A DNA stretch of 56,676 nt from an uncultured virus (IMG/VR IMGVR_UViG_3300032272_000004) (IMGVR_UViG_3300032272_000004), one strand, 5' to 3'; positions 36,034 through 46,005 are shown, numbered from the stretch's first letter. Numbers and translations are program-made. The notes: generated by a model not told the origin, from the sequence alone.

Positions 36034-36489
36034 ATGAGCACTACAGACACAGACGAAACCCCGGCCAACAATCCCCTGTGGCAAGGCGCGGGCGCGAGCA
36101 AGGACCCGGTGGAGGGTGAGAAGGGAGACGCCGCGTTCCTGGCCGCCTCGGCCTCGCAGATCTATCAGCTCCACGGCTTCCACGAGCGCGGCGAGGTGAC
36201 GCTGCAGTTTCGGAATCCGTGGTTTCTGTCGATGCTCGGCAAGGACGGCTCCGAATTCGCCGAGGAGGTGGACCCGGACGGCAAGCCCACCGGGCGCCTG
36301 CTGGAGCCCCAGAATGTCGTGGTGGCAAAAATCCTGGGTTGCAGCGGCATCCACGTGTACCTCGAGTACGAAGTCGACACTCCGGAGGTCAATGCCGAGA
36401 ACGGCAAGGTGGTGGGCACCACGAAGAACACGGTCCGGACCAGCATGCGAGCTGACTTTATCGTCAGTGTGAGTTCAGTCGAGCCGTGA
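36034..36489 (+). CDS. hypothetical protein
   Basis: AAGGA RBS, ATG 36034. Confidence 0.6.
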   Translation: MSTTDTDETPANNPLWQGAGASKDPVEGEKGDAAFLAASASQIYQLHGFHERGEVTLQFRNPWFLSMLGKDGSEFAEEVDPDGKPTGRLLEPQNVVVAKILGCSGIHVYLEYEVDTPEVNAENGKVVGTTKNTVRTSMRADFIVSVSSVEP

Positions 36490-37124
36490 TCCAGGGAGGG
36501 GCAACCTTCCGCAAGTGGCTGGTCCAGCGCGTGAGCACCACGCGCTGGAGCCGCCACGGCGGCTCGCGGGAGAATGCCGAGAAAATCGCCTCAGACCTGG
36601 GCGTCACGCCTGAGATCCTGATGGAGGCCTGGCAGGAGCGGATCGCGCGATCGAAGATCAAGGGCGTTGCCCAGCATCGTCGCAAGAAAATCAACGAGCG
36701 CGATCACCCTCAGATGGATCTGCCGATGCCGAAGATGATCTGGGAGCTGTGGATGGACTACGTCGACAGCGCCCACCTGAAGGGCAGCGACGTGCTGCGG
36801 GGGCTCATGAACGCCTACCTGTTGGGCGACTGGGAGCCGAAGCACATCGGGACCAAATGGATCTGGAACGGTGAGGTCGTGCCCATCCCCAACATCGCCA
36901 CCTACCGCGCCGAGAATGGCGAGAAGTGGCCGTACATCGAGAAGGCTCTCGTGTCGGTGGGGGCCCGCGAAGCCTTTCGCGAACGAGCAAGCTGCATGAA
37001 CTCCACGATGGCCGGCCACCTGCGCGGGCTGGTGATCGATCTCCTCCAGGGGCGCTGTCAGATACAGCCGATCGACGCTCGCCGGATGTTTGAAGACCCG
37101 ATGCGCTATTTGGATATGGAATGA
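36486..37124 (+). CDS. putative DNA-binding protein (HTH/RHH-like)
   Basis: EKIASDLGVTPEIL HTH-like; two S/M..LRGL...L RHH-like helices. Confidence 0.5.
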   Translation: MIQGGATFRKWLVQRVSTTRWSRHGGSRENAEKIASDLGVTPEILMEAWQERIARSKIKGVAQHRRKKINERDHPQMDLPMPKMIWELWMDYVDSAHLKGSDVLRGLMNAYLLGDWEPKHIGTKWIWNGEVVPIPNIATYRAENGEKWPYIEKALVSVGAREAFRERASCMNSTMAGHLRGLVIDLLQGRCQIQPIDARRMFEDPMRYLDME

Positions 37125-37693
37125 GTGAACCGAAAGATACGCCGGTGACTTGCGGGTCGTGCCAGGCGCGTTTTCAGAAAGCGTGGGACGAAGAGCCGCT
37201 GCGTGGGTGGGGCTGTGCTGCGACCGCCAAGGGCGGCAGTATCACGTGTTTCTATGGCTCGCGGATGTTTGATGGGGACACCTACAGCGCGCCAGGCGTG
37301 CCGGATTCTGAGCATCTGTGCGATATTTGCCTCGCTGCCCTGATCGTGACGGGGGAGGCATCGTTCGTTTCCAGTTGTTTCGGTGCAAAGGCACCAGCGA
37401 TCAGTATCCATCATAACCCGGGCGCCTGTGAGACGGATCCCTACGCCTGGGGCGGCCGTAGCGGCGCAGCCGCTTGCCCAGCCTGCGCGAAGGTGTGGCG
37501 CCACCACTGCCGCGGCGAGTGGGGGACGGTCTGCCAGATTCACAACTTTGGACCTGCGTGCAAGGTAGGCCTGATGCCTCCGGGCTCGTGCTTGATCCCC
37601 GAAGAGCGCCCGAGTTGCCATGGGGTTGCCGCGGAGGGTAGTTGCCGCGCTGGCTTCTACTGGGGCACATCGGAACCGGTTGCGGCTTTTTGA
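37121..37693 (+). CDS. Cys-rich hypothetical protein
   Basis: Multiple CxxC motifs; ATGA coupling. Confidence 0.55.
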   Translation: MSEPKDTPVTCGSCQARFQKAWDEEPLRGWGCAATAKGGSITCFYGSRMFDGDTYSAPGVPDSEHLCDICLAALIVTGEASFVSSCFGAKAPAISIHHNPGACETDPYAWGGRSGAAACPACAKVWRHHCRGEWGTVCQIHNFGPACKVGLMPPGSCLIPEERPSCHGVAAEGSCRAGFYWGTSEPVAAF

Positions 37694-37735
37694 TGGAGAG
37701 GGCATGCCTCGAACCAAGATCGACGTGGACATAGA

Positions 37736-38503
37736 ATGAGCAAAAAGAAAGCAGCGGCCAAGCCGGTCACCGCCCACGCCCTGCTCGAGCGACTTCGGCA
37801 ACGCTGGCCGACTCCCGAGTGGTCCGTCTTCACGGAGGTGCCAAACAGCACGGGTGGGTACTCCAGCCGTCGCGCAGATCTCGTGGCCATGAATATGTGG
37901 CCCTCGCGTGGACTGGCGGTACACGGGGTCGAGATCAAGGTGCGCCGCTCGGACTGGCTGCGTGAACTCAAGAACCCGAGCAAGAGCGGACCCATCCAGC
38001 AGTACTGTGACTTTTGGTGGATCGTGGTCGGGCCCGGTGTGGTGTTCGAGAAGGACGAAATCCCCTCCACTTGGGGACTGTTAGAGCTACGCGGCACTCG
38101 CCTCATGAAGGTGAAGGAGGCTCCCAAGCTAGAGGCCACTCCACCAGATCGCTCATTTGTGGCTGCGCTTTTGCGATGCGCGTCGACCGAGCTCGAGAAG
38201 GTGCGCCGGGGCGTCGGTAGGACCAAGGCGTATGATGAGGGCTTCGCTGCTGGCCAGCGGGCCCTCAATCAGAACGAAGACAATCACCAGGAGCTGGCCA
38301 AGTCGGTCAAGGCTTTCCAGGAGGCCTCGGGGCTGATCATTAGCGAATACAACGGGAAATCACTGGGCGAAATCGTCAAGGTAGCGCGGCTGCTGAAGCA
38401 GCAGAAGTTTGATGCTGCCTGGGCTGCCACCCAGAGCAAGGCTCCTCTCGAGCGAGCCTTGGAGGGCATTCGAGAGTTGGAAGAAGCCATTGGTAAATGC
38501 TGA
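37736..38503 (+). CDS. MmcB-like PD-(D/E)xK nuclease
   Basis: EV...RRADLVA...WPSRG....GVEIKVRRSDWLRELKNPSK. Confidence 0.75.
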   Translation: MSKKKAAAKPVTAHALLERLRQRWPTPEWSVFTEVPNSTGGYSSRRADLVAMNMWPSRGLAVHGVEIKVRRSDWLRELKNPSKSGPIQQYCDFWWIVVGPGVVFEKDEIPSTWGLLELRGTRLMKVKEAPKLEATPPDRSFVAALLRCASTELEKVRRGVGRTKAYDEGFAAGQRALNQNEDNHQELAKSVKAFQEASGLIISEYNGKSLGEIVKVARLLKQQKFDAAWAATQSKAPLERALEGIRELEEAIGKC

Positions 38504-39717
38504 CGATCGGTTCTCTATTTTCAGGCATCGGCGGCCTGGAACTCGGGCTCGAATTGGCCGGTCTCGGTCCCACGCTTTTCCAGGTGGAGCAAGACCCGTA
38601 CTGTCGCAGAGTCTTGGCTCAGCATTGGCCGGAAGTCACGCGCTATGAAGACGTCAAAACCATCACAGCTCTCCCTTCTGTCGACATCCTCTGTGGAGGG
38701 TTTCCGTGTCAAGACGTCTCTTCCGCAGGCGCGCGCAAAGGCCTGTCTGGCAAGCGCAGTGGCCTCTGGAGTGAGTTCGCTCGCATCGTCGCCGCCGTGC
38801 AGCCGCCCTGGGTCGTCGTCGAAAACGTCGCCAGTGGTGCAGCCCTTTGGGTCGACCCCGTTTGTCGCAGGCTGGGAGAGCTCGGCTATGAAGTCTTACC
38901 GGTCCCGGTCTCGGCGGCGGATGTCGGAGCTCCTCACCTGCGCGAGCGAATTTTTATTGTTGCCTACTCCGCTAGCGCACGACGCAAAAAGCGGAAAGCG
39001 GCACACGGAGCCGACGCAGACCGCCGGCCTGAACGTGATGGCGGAGCGGGGTCTGCTGCCGACGCCCCTGGCGATGGACGCTCGGAACCTGGGAGCGCCG
39101 AGTCACATGAGGCGGGACACGATCGCGCTCGGAGCGATGGCGGCACACGGCATGCTGCCGACGCCGACGGCCAGCGAGGCAACCCGAGGCAGGAGTCCAG
39201 TGGTGGCGTCCCGGCAGGTCGAAGGACGAAACTCGCCAGATCTGAGCGATCTGGCAGCACACGGAATGCTGCCGACGCCGACGGCGACCGCAAACATGCT
39301 GTCTCCGTCGATGAGAAAATGGCCGGTGCATCGTCGCCTGGACAATCTGCTGCCGACGCCGACAGCCAGCAGCTACGGGACGAGCGGGAACGGCGACCCG
39401 GGGGATGGTCGCGGGCAATATGCACACAAGGGCACGCCGAGCCTGACGACGATGGCCAAGCAGGGGAAGCTGCCCGCCCCGGAGGAGACGAACTCATCCC
39501 CCAAGCGTGGGAAGGGAGGCCGCCTGTCAGCCCAGTTTGTCGAGTGGATGATGGGCTTCTCGCTCGACTGGACGCGGACGTACCCCGCCGTGCCCGAGGT
39601 TTCCGTACCCGAAGACTGAAGGCCCTGGGCAACTCGGTGGTGCCTCAGTGCGCCGAGGTCGTGGGCTGGGTGATTCGAGAACTTGCTGGACTGGTAGAGG
39701 AGGACGAGCCGTGCTGA
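38497..39717 (+). CDS. C5 cytosine DNA methyltransferase
   Basis: LFSGIGG (I), GGFPCQD (IV), VENV (VI), PH.RER (VIII), LGNSVVP (X). Confidence 0.92.
   Translation: MLTIGSLFSGIGGLELGLELAGLGPTLFQVEQDPYCRRVLAQHWPEVTRYEDVKTITALPSVDILCGGFPCQDVSSAGARKGLSGKRSGLWSEFARIVAAVQPPWVVVENVASGAALWVDPVCRRLGELGYEVLPVPVSAADVGAPHLRERIFIVAYSASARRKKRKAAHGADADRRPERDGGAGSAADAPGDGRSEPGSAESHEAGHDRARSDGGTRHAADADGQRGNPRQESSGGVPAGRRTKLARSERSGSTRNAADADGDRKHAVSVDEKMAGASSPGQSAADADSQQLRDERERRPGGWSRAICTQGHAEPDDDGQAGEAARPGGDELIPQAWEGRPPVSPVCRVDDGLLARLDADVPRRARGFRTRRLKALGNSVVPQCAEVVGWVIRELAGLVEEDEPC
38645..39619 (+). CDS. nested alternate-frame ORF, probable beta subunit of the C5 methyltransferase
   Basis: Five [LM]LPTP.A repeats and C-terminal LS..FVEWMMGF..DWT; start uncertain. 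Confidence 0.65.
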   Translation: MKTSKPSQLSLLSTSSVEGFRVKTSLPQARAKACLASAVASGVSSLASSPPCSRPGSSSKTSPVVQPFGSTPFVAGWESSAMKSYRSRSRRRMSELLTCASEFLLLPTPLAHDAKSGKRHTEPTQTAGLNVMAERGLLPTPLAMDARNLGAPSHMRRDTIALGAMAAHGMLPTPTASEATRGRSPVVASRQVEGRNSPDLSDLAAHGMLPTPTATANMLSPSMRKWPVHRRLDNLLPTPTASSYGTSGNGDPGDGRGQYAHKGTPSLTTMAKQGKLPAPEETNSSPKRGKGGRLSAQFVEWMMGFSLDWTRTYPAVPEVSVPED

Positions 39718-40667
39718 CCGAGATTTACATGAAGAATTGGGAGTGCCACGACGACACGAAGATCAGCCTGCGCGAGCGACTGACTGTGTTCGTGGGGCCC
39801 AACGGTAGCGGGAAGAGTTCGACGTTTCGGGCTATCGAGTACCTGCACCAGGCGACCCGATCTCCTGAGTGGCCGCTGTCGGTGTTCTCGAAAAAGAAGA
39901 TGGCGCTGGGGGTCTTTGGCGAAAAGGACGGCCATTCTTTCGAGCGGTATGTAATCGGAGACTCCAAGGAGTTCGGGGGAGGGCCGAATCGCTCCAAGCG
40001 CGGGTGGTGGTTTCGGGACGTCGAGAGCCATATCAGCCACCAGCAGCGGCCGGATGACATTCCGGTGCTCATCCAAAAGTGGTCGAACGCCCACTGGCGC
40101 CGACTCGTGGACTGTATGGTGGAGGTTTTTCCGGACACTATCCGGAACATGAGGGTGGAGCCTGGCGACGGGATCGGGCATGAGCCCTATGTGCTCATCT
40201 GTCTGGGTCATCGAACGGTGCCGCTCAGCAAAGCGGGTCGAGGAATCCGCGCAGCAATGGCGTTGCTCGCGGATCTGCACCGCCCGGAGCCACTTTCGAG
40301 CTTGATCTTGGTGGAAAACATCGGCGAGGGGATTCATCCAGCCGCTCAACAGAGGCTGATGAACAAGATCTGGTACCTGCTGCTCGAGCAGTCCGACCTG
40401 GCGGACGTGCAGATTGTCGCTACCAGCAACTCTCCCTACGCGATCGACGATTTGCCAATCGGCCTGGTGCAGGTCTTTGCTGCCGATCCGATCGATGGGA
40501 AGGTGTACGTGAAGGGACTCTGGGAGCATCCTGACTTGCCGAAGCTGGATGGGGTGCTCAGTCTGGGCGAACTGTGGTCTTCGGTAGGTGAGGTGAACTG
40601 GGTGGTGCCCCAGGGCGAAGACCCGTTGCGCAAAGGGGCGATTCTCGGGCCGGGATCCAAGTCATGA
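39711..40667 (+). CDS. ABC-type (AAA_15/AAA_21-like) ATPase, degenerate motifs
   Basis: Walker A GPNGSGKS; LILVENIGEGIHP; QIVATSNSPY; LGELW. Confidence 0.75.
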   Translation: MLTEIYMKNWECHDDTKISLRERLTVFVGPNGSGKSSTFRAIEYLHQATRSPEWPLSVFSKKKMALGVFGEKDGHSFERYVIGDSKEFGGGPNRSKRGWWFRDVESHISHQQRPDDIPVLIQKWSNAHWRRLVDCMVEVFPDTIRNMRVEPGDGIGHEPYVLICLGHRTVPLSKAGRGIRAAMALLADLHRPEPLSSLILVENIGEGIHPAAQQRLMNKIWYLLLEQSDLADVQIVATSNSPYAIDDLPIGLVQVFAADPIDGKVYVKGLWEHPDLPKLDGVLSLGELWSSVGEVNWVVPQGEDPLRKGAILGPGSKS

Positions 40668-40954
40668 CTGATCGCAAGCCTCTTTCACTTATCGAGGTAC
40701 GGATGCTCTCGGAGGTCTGCCGCATGGCGGTCGCGCAAGCTGTGTCGAAGGACGCGCCGCCGATTCCGAAGATCGTGGAGGACGACCGGATGCTTTCTGC
40801 GCTCGTGGTGCTCGTCAAGGCACATTTTCAGGTCGGCTTGAGCCAGTCCGTGATCAACGCGGGAGGGGAACTCTTCGACCCCGACCCCGAGAAGGGTCTC
40901 GAGGAGCACCAGGCGGAGCTGACCGCTGTGGAGTGGAAGTTGGCGAACCGCTAG
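40664..40954 (+). CDS. hypothetical protein
   Basis: ATGA-coupled 96-aa ORF. Confidence 0.5.
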   Translation: MTDRKPLSLIEVRMLSEVCRMAVAQAVSKDAPPIPKIVEDDRMLSALVVLVKAHFQVGLSQSVINAGGELFDPDPEKGLEEHQAELTAVEWKLANR

Positions 40955-43900
40955 ACGGGCCAGTAAGTTGCGACGAGCAGCCTCACCGGGTGAGGCAGCG
41001 CCCGGCCAGCGTTCCGGCGCATTTCGCTTCCACTCTGCTCGAGGGGTTCGACCTGAAACGCATCGCTGACGTCCTGGGCCAGCGCGACGAGCTCGGGTCC
41101 CGCCATCCGCTCTGCGCGCACTTCCTGCAGCTCCCGGAGGAAGTCATCGGCCGTTTCCCGCGGACTCAGAGTCTCGACCCCTCGACGCGCGAGGAGCTGC
41201 TCCACCTCGTCGGCGCAGGGCACCACGTAGCTGAGCAGGGCGAGCTGGGTGACCATGAGTGCTCGGCGCTCAGCGGTGCGACCCTTGCGCTTGACCTCGG
41301 CCTCGGCCGCCGGGCGATGTTCGTAGATCCGAACCTTCTCCCAGAGCCCCCGGGCGACCCGGCGAAAGACACACTCCGAGTCGCGCCCCTCGTTCTCGTC
41401 GGCGAAGGCCTTTTTGAACGCAGCGGTGTGGGCGATGGTGTGGGCGTCAGCATCGATGGTGAAGCTCTCCGGTCGAAACATCCGAGCATCGCCCAGCACG
41501 TTGCCGGTGGGCTCGGGCGCCTTCTCCGGAAACCGCTGGCGGATGATCTGGTCGATCCGCTCCTTGCGCCGGCGGTCATCCTCGACGCTGCCCTTCGTGG
41601 GCGCTTCGATCTCGAACCGGTCCCGGAGCGCTGTCCCGATCGCGTCGCGCTGCACCCGGACGCTGGAGTCGCCATCCTGCATTTCGTCGACCACCGAGAA
41701 GTAGAGTTCGAGCATTTCCCGGGCCTGCTCCACTTCGGCGCCGCGTTCGTCTTCGACGACCACCTCCTGGTGCTCGAACTGCTCGCGGCGCAGGTCGCTC
41801 GTGCCCGTGAGGCGCTCGAGCCACCGAAGAAACGACTTCCACTCCTCGGGGTCGGCCGCCCAGAGCGCGTGCACGGGGTCGGCCTCCATGAACCAGTCGG
41901 GGAGCTGCACCTGGGAGGGGACCTTCTCCACCCCGACGATGTCCTGGCGAAGCCGGTTCCAGAAGTCGTCGGCGCTCTCGCCGCGGCTCGGCTCCACGAG
42001 CTTGCCGCCGAAGCGCCGCTGCGCCGGCGTGAAGGTGTCCGCGTTGGTCTGAAACCAGCGCTTCAGCCACTCTCGGTCGTGCTCTCGGAGGTCTTCGCCC
42101 TTTTTGGCCTCGGCGTTGAAGGGGGCCCACTGGAGCTTGTGCCCGAAAGCCTCGTCGAAGCCCACCGCCTGCGCGCCGAGAAACTCGATCCACCGACTGA
42201 GAGCCAGGGTAGCCGTGGGGCGCCGTTTGGCCCAGTCGTCGTAGATGTCCTCCAGATCGTCGAGGAAGGTGTCCTCGAGCCCGGTTTCCGGGAAGGCCTG
42301 CCCCGGCGACAGCACCGGCCACGGCAGCGGGGCATCCTTCGTGCTCCAGACCAGCAGGGTCTGTTTGCCGATCGCGTAGCCCTGGGGGAGTGAGTCGTAG
42401 TTGGCCTCCAGCCATTTGCTCTGAGGCTTGCTCGACCAGGTCAGATCGGCGGGTTTGCGGTTGGCCTCGTAGTCCCGATAGTCCGCGTAGGGCAGCGCGT
42501 GGGCCAGCTGGCTCTCCTCACCCAGGGCCACGAGCTTGTCGTCGTCCTCGTCGGTGTCCTTGGGCACGTGGAAGGGCTTGTCCGGGGCCACCACGGGCCC
42601 TGGGACCGCATTGCGCTCGGGGGGCAGCACCAGAGTGACCGTTTCGATCGCCTCCTCCTCGGCCACCTCCTCGATTTCGATCCCTTCGACCACCACCTCG
42701 GGGGGCTCGACGGGGGTCTCTCCCCGGGTAGTGACCACCACGGGGCGGTCGGAAGCCCCCCTCGGCAGGCCCCCGGTCTCCTTCTCGAGCCACGAGAGCA
42801 CTTCCTGATCGCCAGCGAGCTGCTCCAGATTGAATTCGGGCCGGAGGTACTGCTCGGTCGTGGTGACTGAGGTGTGCCCGAGGATGGCCTGCAGCTCGCG
42901 CAGGTTGCGTCCGGAGCTGACGAGGGCCTGCGCGTAGGCGTGGCGGAAGCCGTGAGGGTGGACGCGCCGGCGCTGGGCCTTGTCGAGCCCAGCAGTACGG
43001 GAGAGGCGGCACAGCATCATGGCCACCGAGGACTCCTGCAGGGTCTTCTGGTACCCCCACTCGCCGTGCTGCTCTTGTCCCACGAAGCGGTTGACGCCCC
43101 AGAGGCTGCAAGGGGGGTAGAGCGGGGCGTCAGGCTCCCTCCGGAGGAGCCCGAAGCGGTAGGCCGGGCTCTCCCGGTCGTCGCTGGCGCGGTCCTCCAG
43201 GGTGTCCCAGAAGGTCTGGAGGGCGTCGAGGGCCTTCTGAGGCATCGGCAGGCGCTGCTGGACGTTGCCTTTGCGGGTGAGCACTACAGTGGGCGGGGTG
43301 GTCGTGCGGTCGAGCCACCCGCTCCACTCCTTGCGCTCCCGCTCGGTGTGGGGCGCATCCCTACGGAGGCTCAGGGTCTCGTCGATGCGGGCTCCAGTGA
43401 GCACCAGGAACCACAGCAGAGCCACATTGCGCTTGTTGACGAGCTTGGGACCATCCGCGGCCTCCAGGAGCTGGACGATCAAGGCGGCATCGGGAGTCTT
43501 CTCGGCCGAGCGCACGAGACGCTCGCGGTTGAGGCCTCGACCGACCCGCTCGACAGCCCCCGCAAACACGTTGTACTCGACCAGGGGCTGCTGCTTGCGG
43601 TCCCCGCGGGCCAGGTGCTGCCAGAACGAGCTCAGCGCCTTGAGTCGCTGGGCGATCGTCGCCCGGCTCACCGGGGTGGGCACCACGACCAGGTAGCGGA
43701 AGGTGTCCGGGTGCACCGGGGCGTCCAGGCCCGCGCGGGGGTCCATCTGCCGCAGTTCGACATACTTGGGGTCGCGCTCGAGTACTCCGAGCTGGATCAG
43801 CTGTCGGAGGGCGCCCCCGAGCCAGATCGGGTCGATGGGCAGCTCCTCTTCGGGCCGTGGCCGGTGGGCTCGGCGGATCGCCTCCGGAGTGGCGGCGGCA

Positions 43901-44310
43901 ATCTCCGTGAAGCGCACGGTCCCCCTCCGGACGATCCGGTAGATCTCCAGCAGCTCCACCAGCCCCCGGTCCGTCAGTCGCTGCTCGAACAGGTCGAACC
44001 CAAACTTCGAGCCGTCCTCCCCCCGCTGCTCGAGCCAGTCGACGTACTCGAGGGCATCGGCCCGGGCCACGTCCCCCGGCTGGACGACTGCCCCCCGGTA
44101 GCTCGCCAAGAACTCGAAGAACTCCAGCACTGCAAAGCGGTAGGAGCGGATGGTGTGGGGCGAGAGCCGCAGGGCGCTGCGGCCTTCGGAGCCGAAGAAC
44201 TCGTCGAGGGCCGCCCGGTACCGCAGCTCCAGGGCTGTGTTGCCTCCCGCCCACAGGACGCTCCAGCGGCGGAGGGCATCGGTGCGTGTCGTCGCCAGCG
44301 CAGTGCTCAT
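40951..44310 (-). CDS. tyrosine recombinase with ~630-aa C-terminal extension
   Basis: SPHTIRSY, LTGARIDE, RKGN, HGFRH, LGHTSVTTTEQY: full R-K-H-R-H-Y set. Confidence 0.9.
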   Translation of the reverse strand: MSTALATTRTDALRRWSVLWAGGNTALELRYRAALDEFFGSEGRSALRLSPHTIRSYRFAVLEFFEFLASYRGAVVQPGDVARADALEYVDWLEQRGEDGSKFGFDLFEQRLTDRGLVELLEIYRIVRRGTVRFTEIAAATPEAIRRAHRPRPEEELPIDPIWLGGALRQLIQLGVLERDPKYVELRQMDPRAGLDAPVHPDTFRYLVVVPTPVSRATIAQRLKALSSFWQHLARGDRKQQPLVEYNVFAGAVERVGRGLNRERLVRSAEKTPDAALIVQLLEAADGPKLVNKRNVALLWFLVLTGARIDETLSLRRDAPHTERERKEWSGWLDRTTTPPTVVLTRKGNVQQRLPMPQKALDALQTFWDTLEDRASDDRESPAYRFGLLRREPDAPLYPPCSLWGVNRFVGQEQHGEWGYQKTLQESSVAMMLCRLSRTAGLDKAQRRRVHPHGFRHAYAQALVSSGRNLRELQAILGHTSVTTTEQYLRPEFNLEQLAGDQEVLSWLEKETGGLPRGASDRPVVVTTRGETPVEPPEVVVEGIEIEEVAEEEAIETVTLVLPPERNAVPGPVVAPDKPFHVPKDTDEDDDKLVALGEESQLAHALPYADYRDYEANRKPADLTWSSKPQSKWLEANYDSLPQGYAIGKQTLLVWSTKDAPLPWPVLSPGQAFPETGLEDTFLDDLEDIYDDWAKRRPTATLALSRWIEFLGAQAVGFDEAFGHKLQWAPFNAEAKKGEDLREHDREWLKRWFQTNADTFTPAQRRFGGKLVEPSRGESADDFWNRLRQDIVGVEKVPSQVQLPDWFMEADPVHALWAADPEEWKSFLRWLERLTGTSDLRREQFEHQEVVVEDERGAEVEQAREMLELYFSVVDEMQDGDSSVRVQRDAIGTALRDRFEIEAPTKGSVEDDRRRKERIDQIIRQRFPEKAPEPTGNVLGDARMFRPESFTIDADAHTIAHTAAFKKAFADENEGRDSECVFRRVARGLWEKVRIYEHRPAAEAEVKRKGRTAERRALMVTQLALLSYVVPCADEVEQLLARRGVETLSPRETADDFLRELQEVRAERMAGPELVALAQDVSDAFQVEPLEQSGSEMRRNAGRALPHPVRLLVATYWPV

Positions 44311-44340
44311 GGGTCTCTTTTACCACGAGCGACCAGCGGG

Positions 44341-44733
44341 TCAGGCTCGACGTTTCGTCTTCAGGTACACCCAGTTCCCGTTGTGCTTACCCTTCACGCG
44401 CACAAGAGCCGTGCTGGTGTACTCCCCGGGGCGGTCGACCCAGACCTGGGTCGATTCCCGCATCATGTAGATGCCCCCTTTGTAGCCCTCGAACTCCTTG
44501 CCGATCGCTTCCGTCAGGTTTTCGAGAAGCTGCGCCACCGTCCGGGGATCGCCATCCCTGTCCGCCTTCCATCCGAGAGCGAGCTGCGCGTAGTCCCCGC
44601 GCCAACTGTCTACGTCGCCGGGGCTGATGCCTCCGAACTCGAAGAAAACTTTGGCTTCGGGATTGTGCTGTCGAAGGGCGTAGATCAGCTCGCCCAGGCT
44701 CATGGTGATGTGCTCTGTCTTAGCTACTGGCAT
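44341..44733 (-). CDS. phage hypothetical protein
   Basis: SWRGDY.QLAL, GYKGG.Y.M..ST.VWV; AAGGAG RBS. Confidence 0.65.
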   Translation of the reverse strand: MPVAKTEHITMSLGELIYALRQHNPEAKVFFEFGGISPGDVDSWRGDYAQLALGWKADRDGDPRTVAQLLENLTEAIGKEFEGYKGGIYMMRESTQVWVDRPGEYTSTALVRVKGKHNGNWVYLKTKRRA

Positions 44734-45340
44734 CGTCTTCTCCTTTGTAGGGCGCAGGTCGCGCTTCGGTTTCGTAGATGACGGGAACCTCGAACATCGG
44801 CAGCAGGCGTCGATAGATCGCCGCCAACGCTTGGACGTCTTCGACGGCGCCGTGCTTTTGCTCCCCGAGCTCGAAATACTCCATGAGGGTGGACTGCTTC
44901 AGGTTGGGGATGTGTCCCGCGATCATCAGAGGGTGCGCCATGGAGGGGACGTCCAGCAGGTGCCTGGAAGCGAGCTTGGGAGGTCGCAGTCCGTGCCTGC
45001 GGCAACCCTCGACCACGTAGCCCCAGTCGAACTGCGGATTGCTGCCTGCGACGTATTTGCCCTCCAGTTGGTGACAGAGCACCTGGAGGGCATGCCGCTG
45101 GCTCGCGGCGCCCGCCCAGCCCGCGATGTTGAAGCCGTTGACCTCCCCTGCCTTTGGTTCGACGGGCAGCTCGGGCCAGACGCGACCCGCTGCGATCAGG
45201 TCATCGAAGGCCCTGTCGAAGTGGTGCGGAACCAACACGGCGTATTCGACGATGTCGGTGATGCGTGGGTCGAGCCCCCCTGTTTCTAGGTCGAGAATTG
45301 CGAGCTTTGGAGCCCATTTATCTGTGATCGGTGCTTTCAT
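44720..45340 (-). CDS. DEDDh 3'-5' exonuclease (DnaQ-like)
   Basis: ILDLETGGLDP, N..FD, H.A.EDV. Confidence 0.85.
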   Translation of the reverse strand: MKAPITDKWAPKLAILDLETGGLDPRITDIVEYAVLVPHHFDRAFDDLIAAGRVWPELPVEPKAGEVNGFNIAGWAGAASQRHALQVLCHQLEGKYVAGSNPQFDWGYVVEGCRRHGLRPPKLASRHLLDVPSMAHPLMIAGHIPNLKQSTLMEYFELGEQKHGAVEDVQALAAIYRRLLPMFEVPVIYETEARPAPYKGEDDASS

Positions 45341-46005
45341 TTGAGTACTCCCTCTTCGACGGCAAGGCCGAGTAGACATTGAAGCTGGGAACAGAACATC
45401 ACGGCGCCTTGGTCCGCGTCGAATTTCCCCAGCATGCTCGCCCAGGTCTTTTCGGTGTGGGCGTACAGTCCTGCAGCGAGGTGGCTTCCCTCTTCGCCGA
45501 CCCCAACGAAGTTGCCATCTTCGTGGGCCCTGTCGACGGCAGTCTTGCCGAATTCGGCGACGAGTTCGTCGACAGGTATCCCCATCAGCACCTGGGCTTC
45601 GATAATGGTCATCGACAGATCGACGCGCGCCACTGCTGGCGTTTTCGGATAGAGTTCGACGCCGTACTTCTCGCCAATGGCATGCAAGACCGCGTTCTCG
45701 ATGTCATCGTAGCCTTGGATGAGGCGTTTAATCGGGGAAATGACATCGCCCGTATAGGCCTCGGCTGAATCGTGAAGAAGTGCCTGCAGTTGGACCAAGG
45801 TGTTCTTCGGGAAAAGCCACCGGGCCATTTCGGCAGCCCAGATCGAATGCTCGGCGACCGAGTAGAATTTTCTCGGCTGCCCCGACCAGCGGGGCAAGCG
45901 TCCCGCGGCCCTGCCGATAGTCTCGGCCTTGATCTTCTTGGGGTCGGGGTTTTCAAAGTACAGGCGCTCGCCGCCCTCCAGCCACATGAACGGCCGCGCG
46001 GTCAC
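45337..46005 (-). CDS. HD-domain 5'-deoxynucleotidase (YfbR-like)
   Basis: R..G....FYSVAEHS, ALLHDSAEAYTGD. Confidence 0.85.
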   Translation of the reverse strand: MTARPFMWLEGGERLYFENPDPKKIKAETIGRAAGRLPRWSGQPRKFYSVAEHSIWAAEMARWLFPKNTLVQLQALLHDSAEAYTGDVISPIKRLIQGYDDIENAVLHAIGEKYGVELYPKTPAVARVDLSMTIIEAQVLMGIPVDELVAEFGKTAVDRAHEDGNFVGVGEEGSHLAAGLYAHTEKTWASMLGKFDADQGAVMFCSQLQCLLGLAVEEGVLK

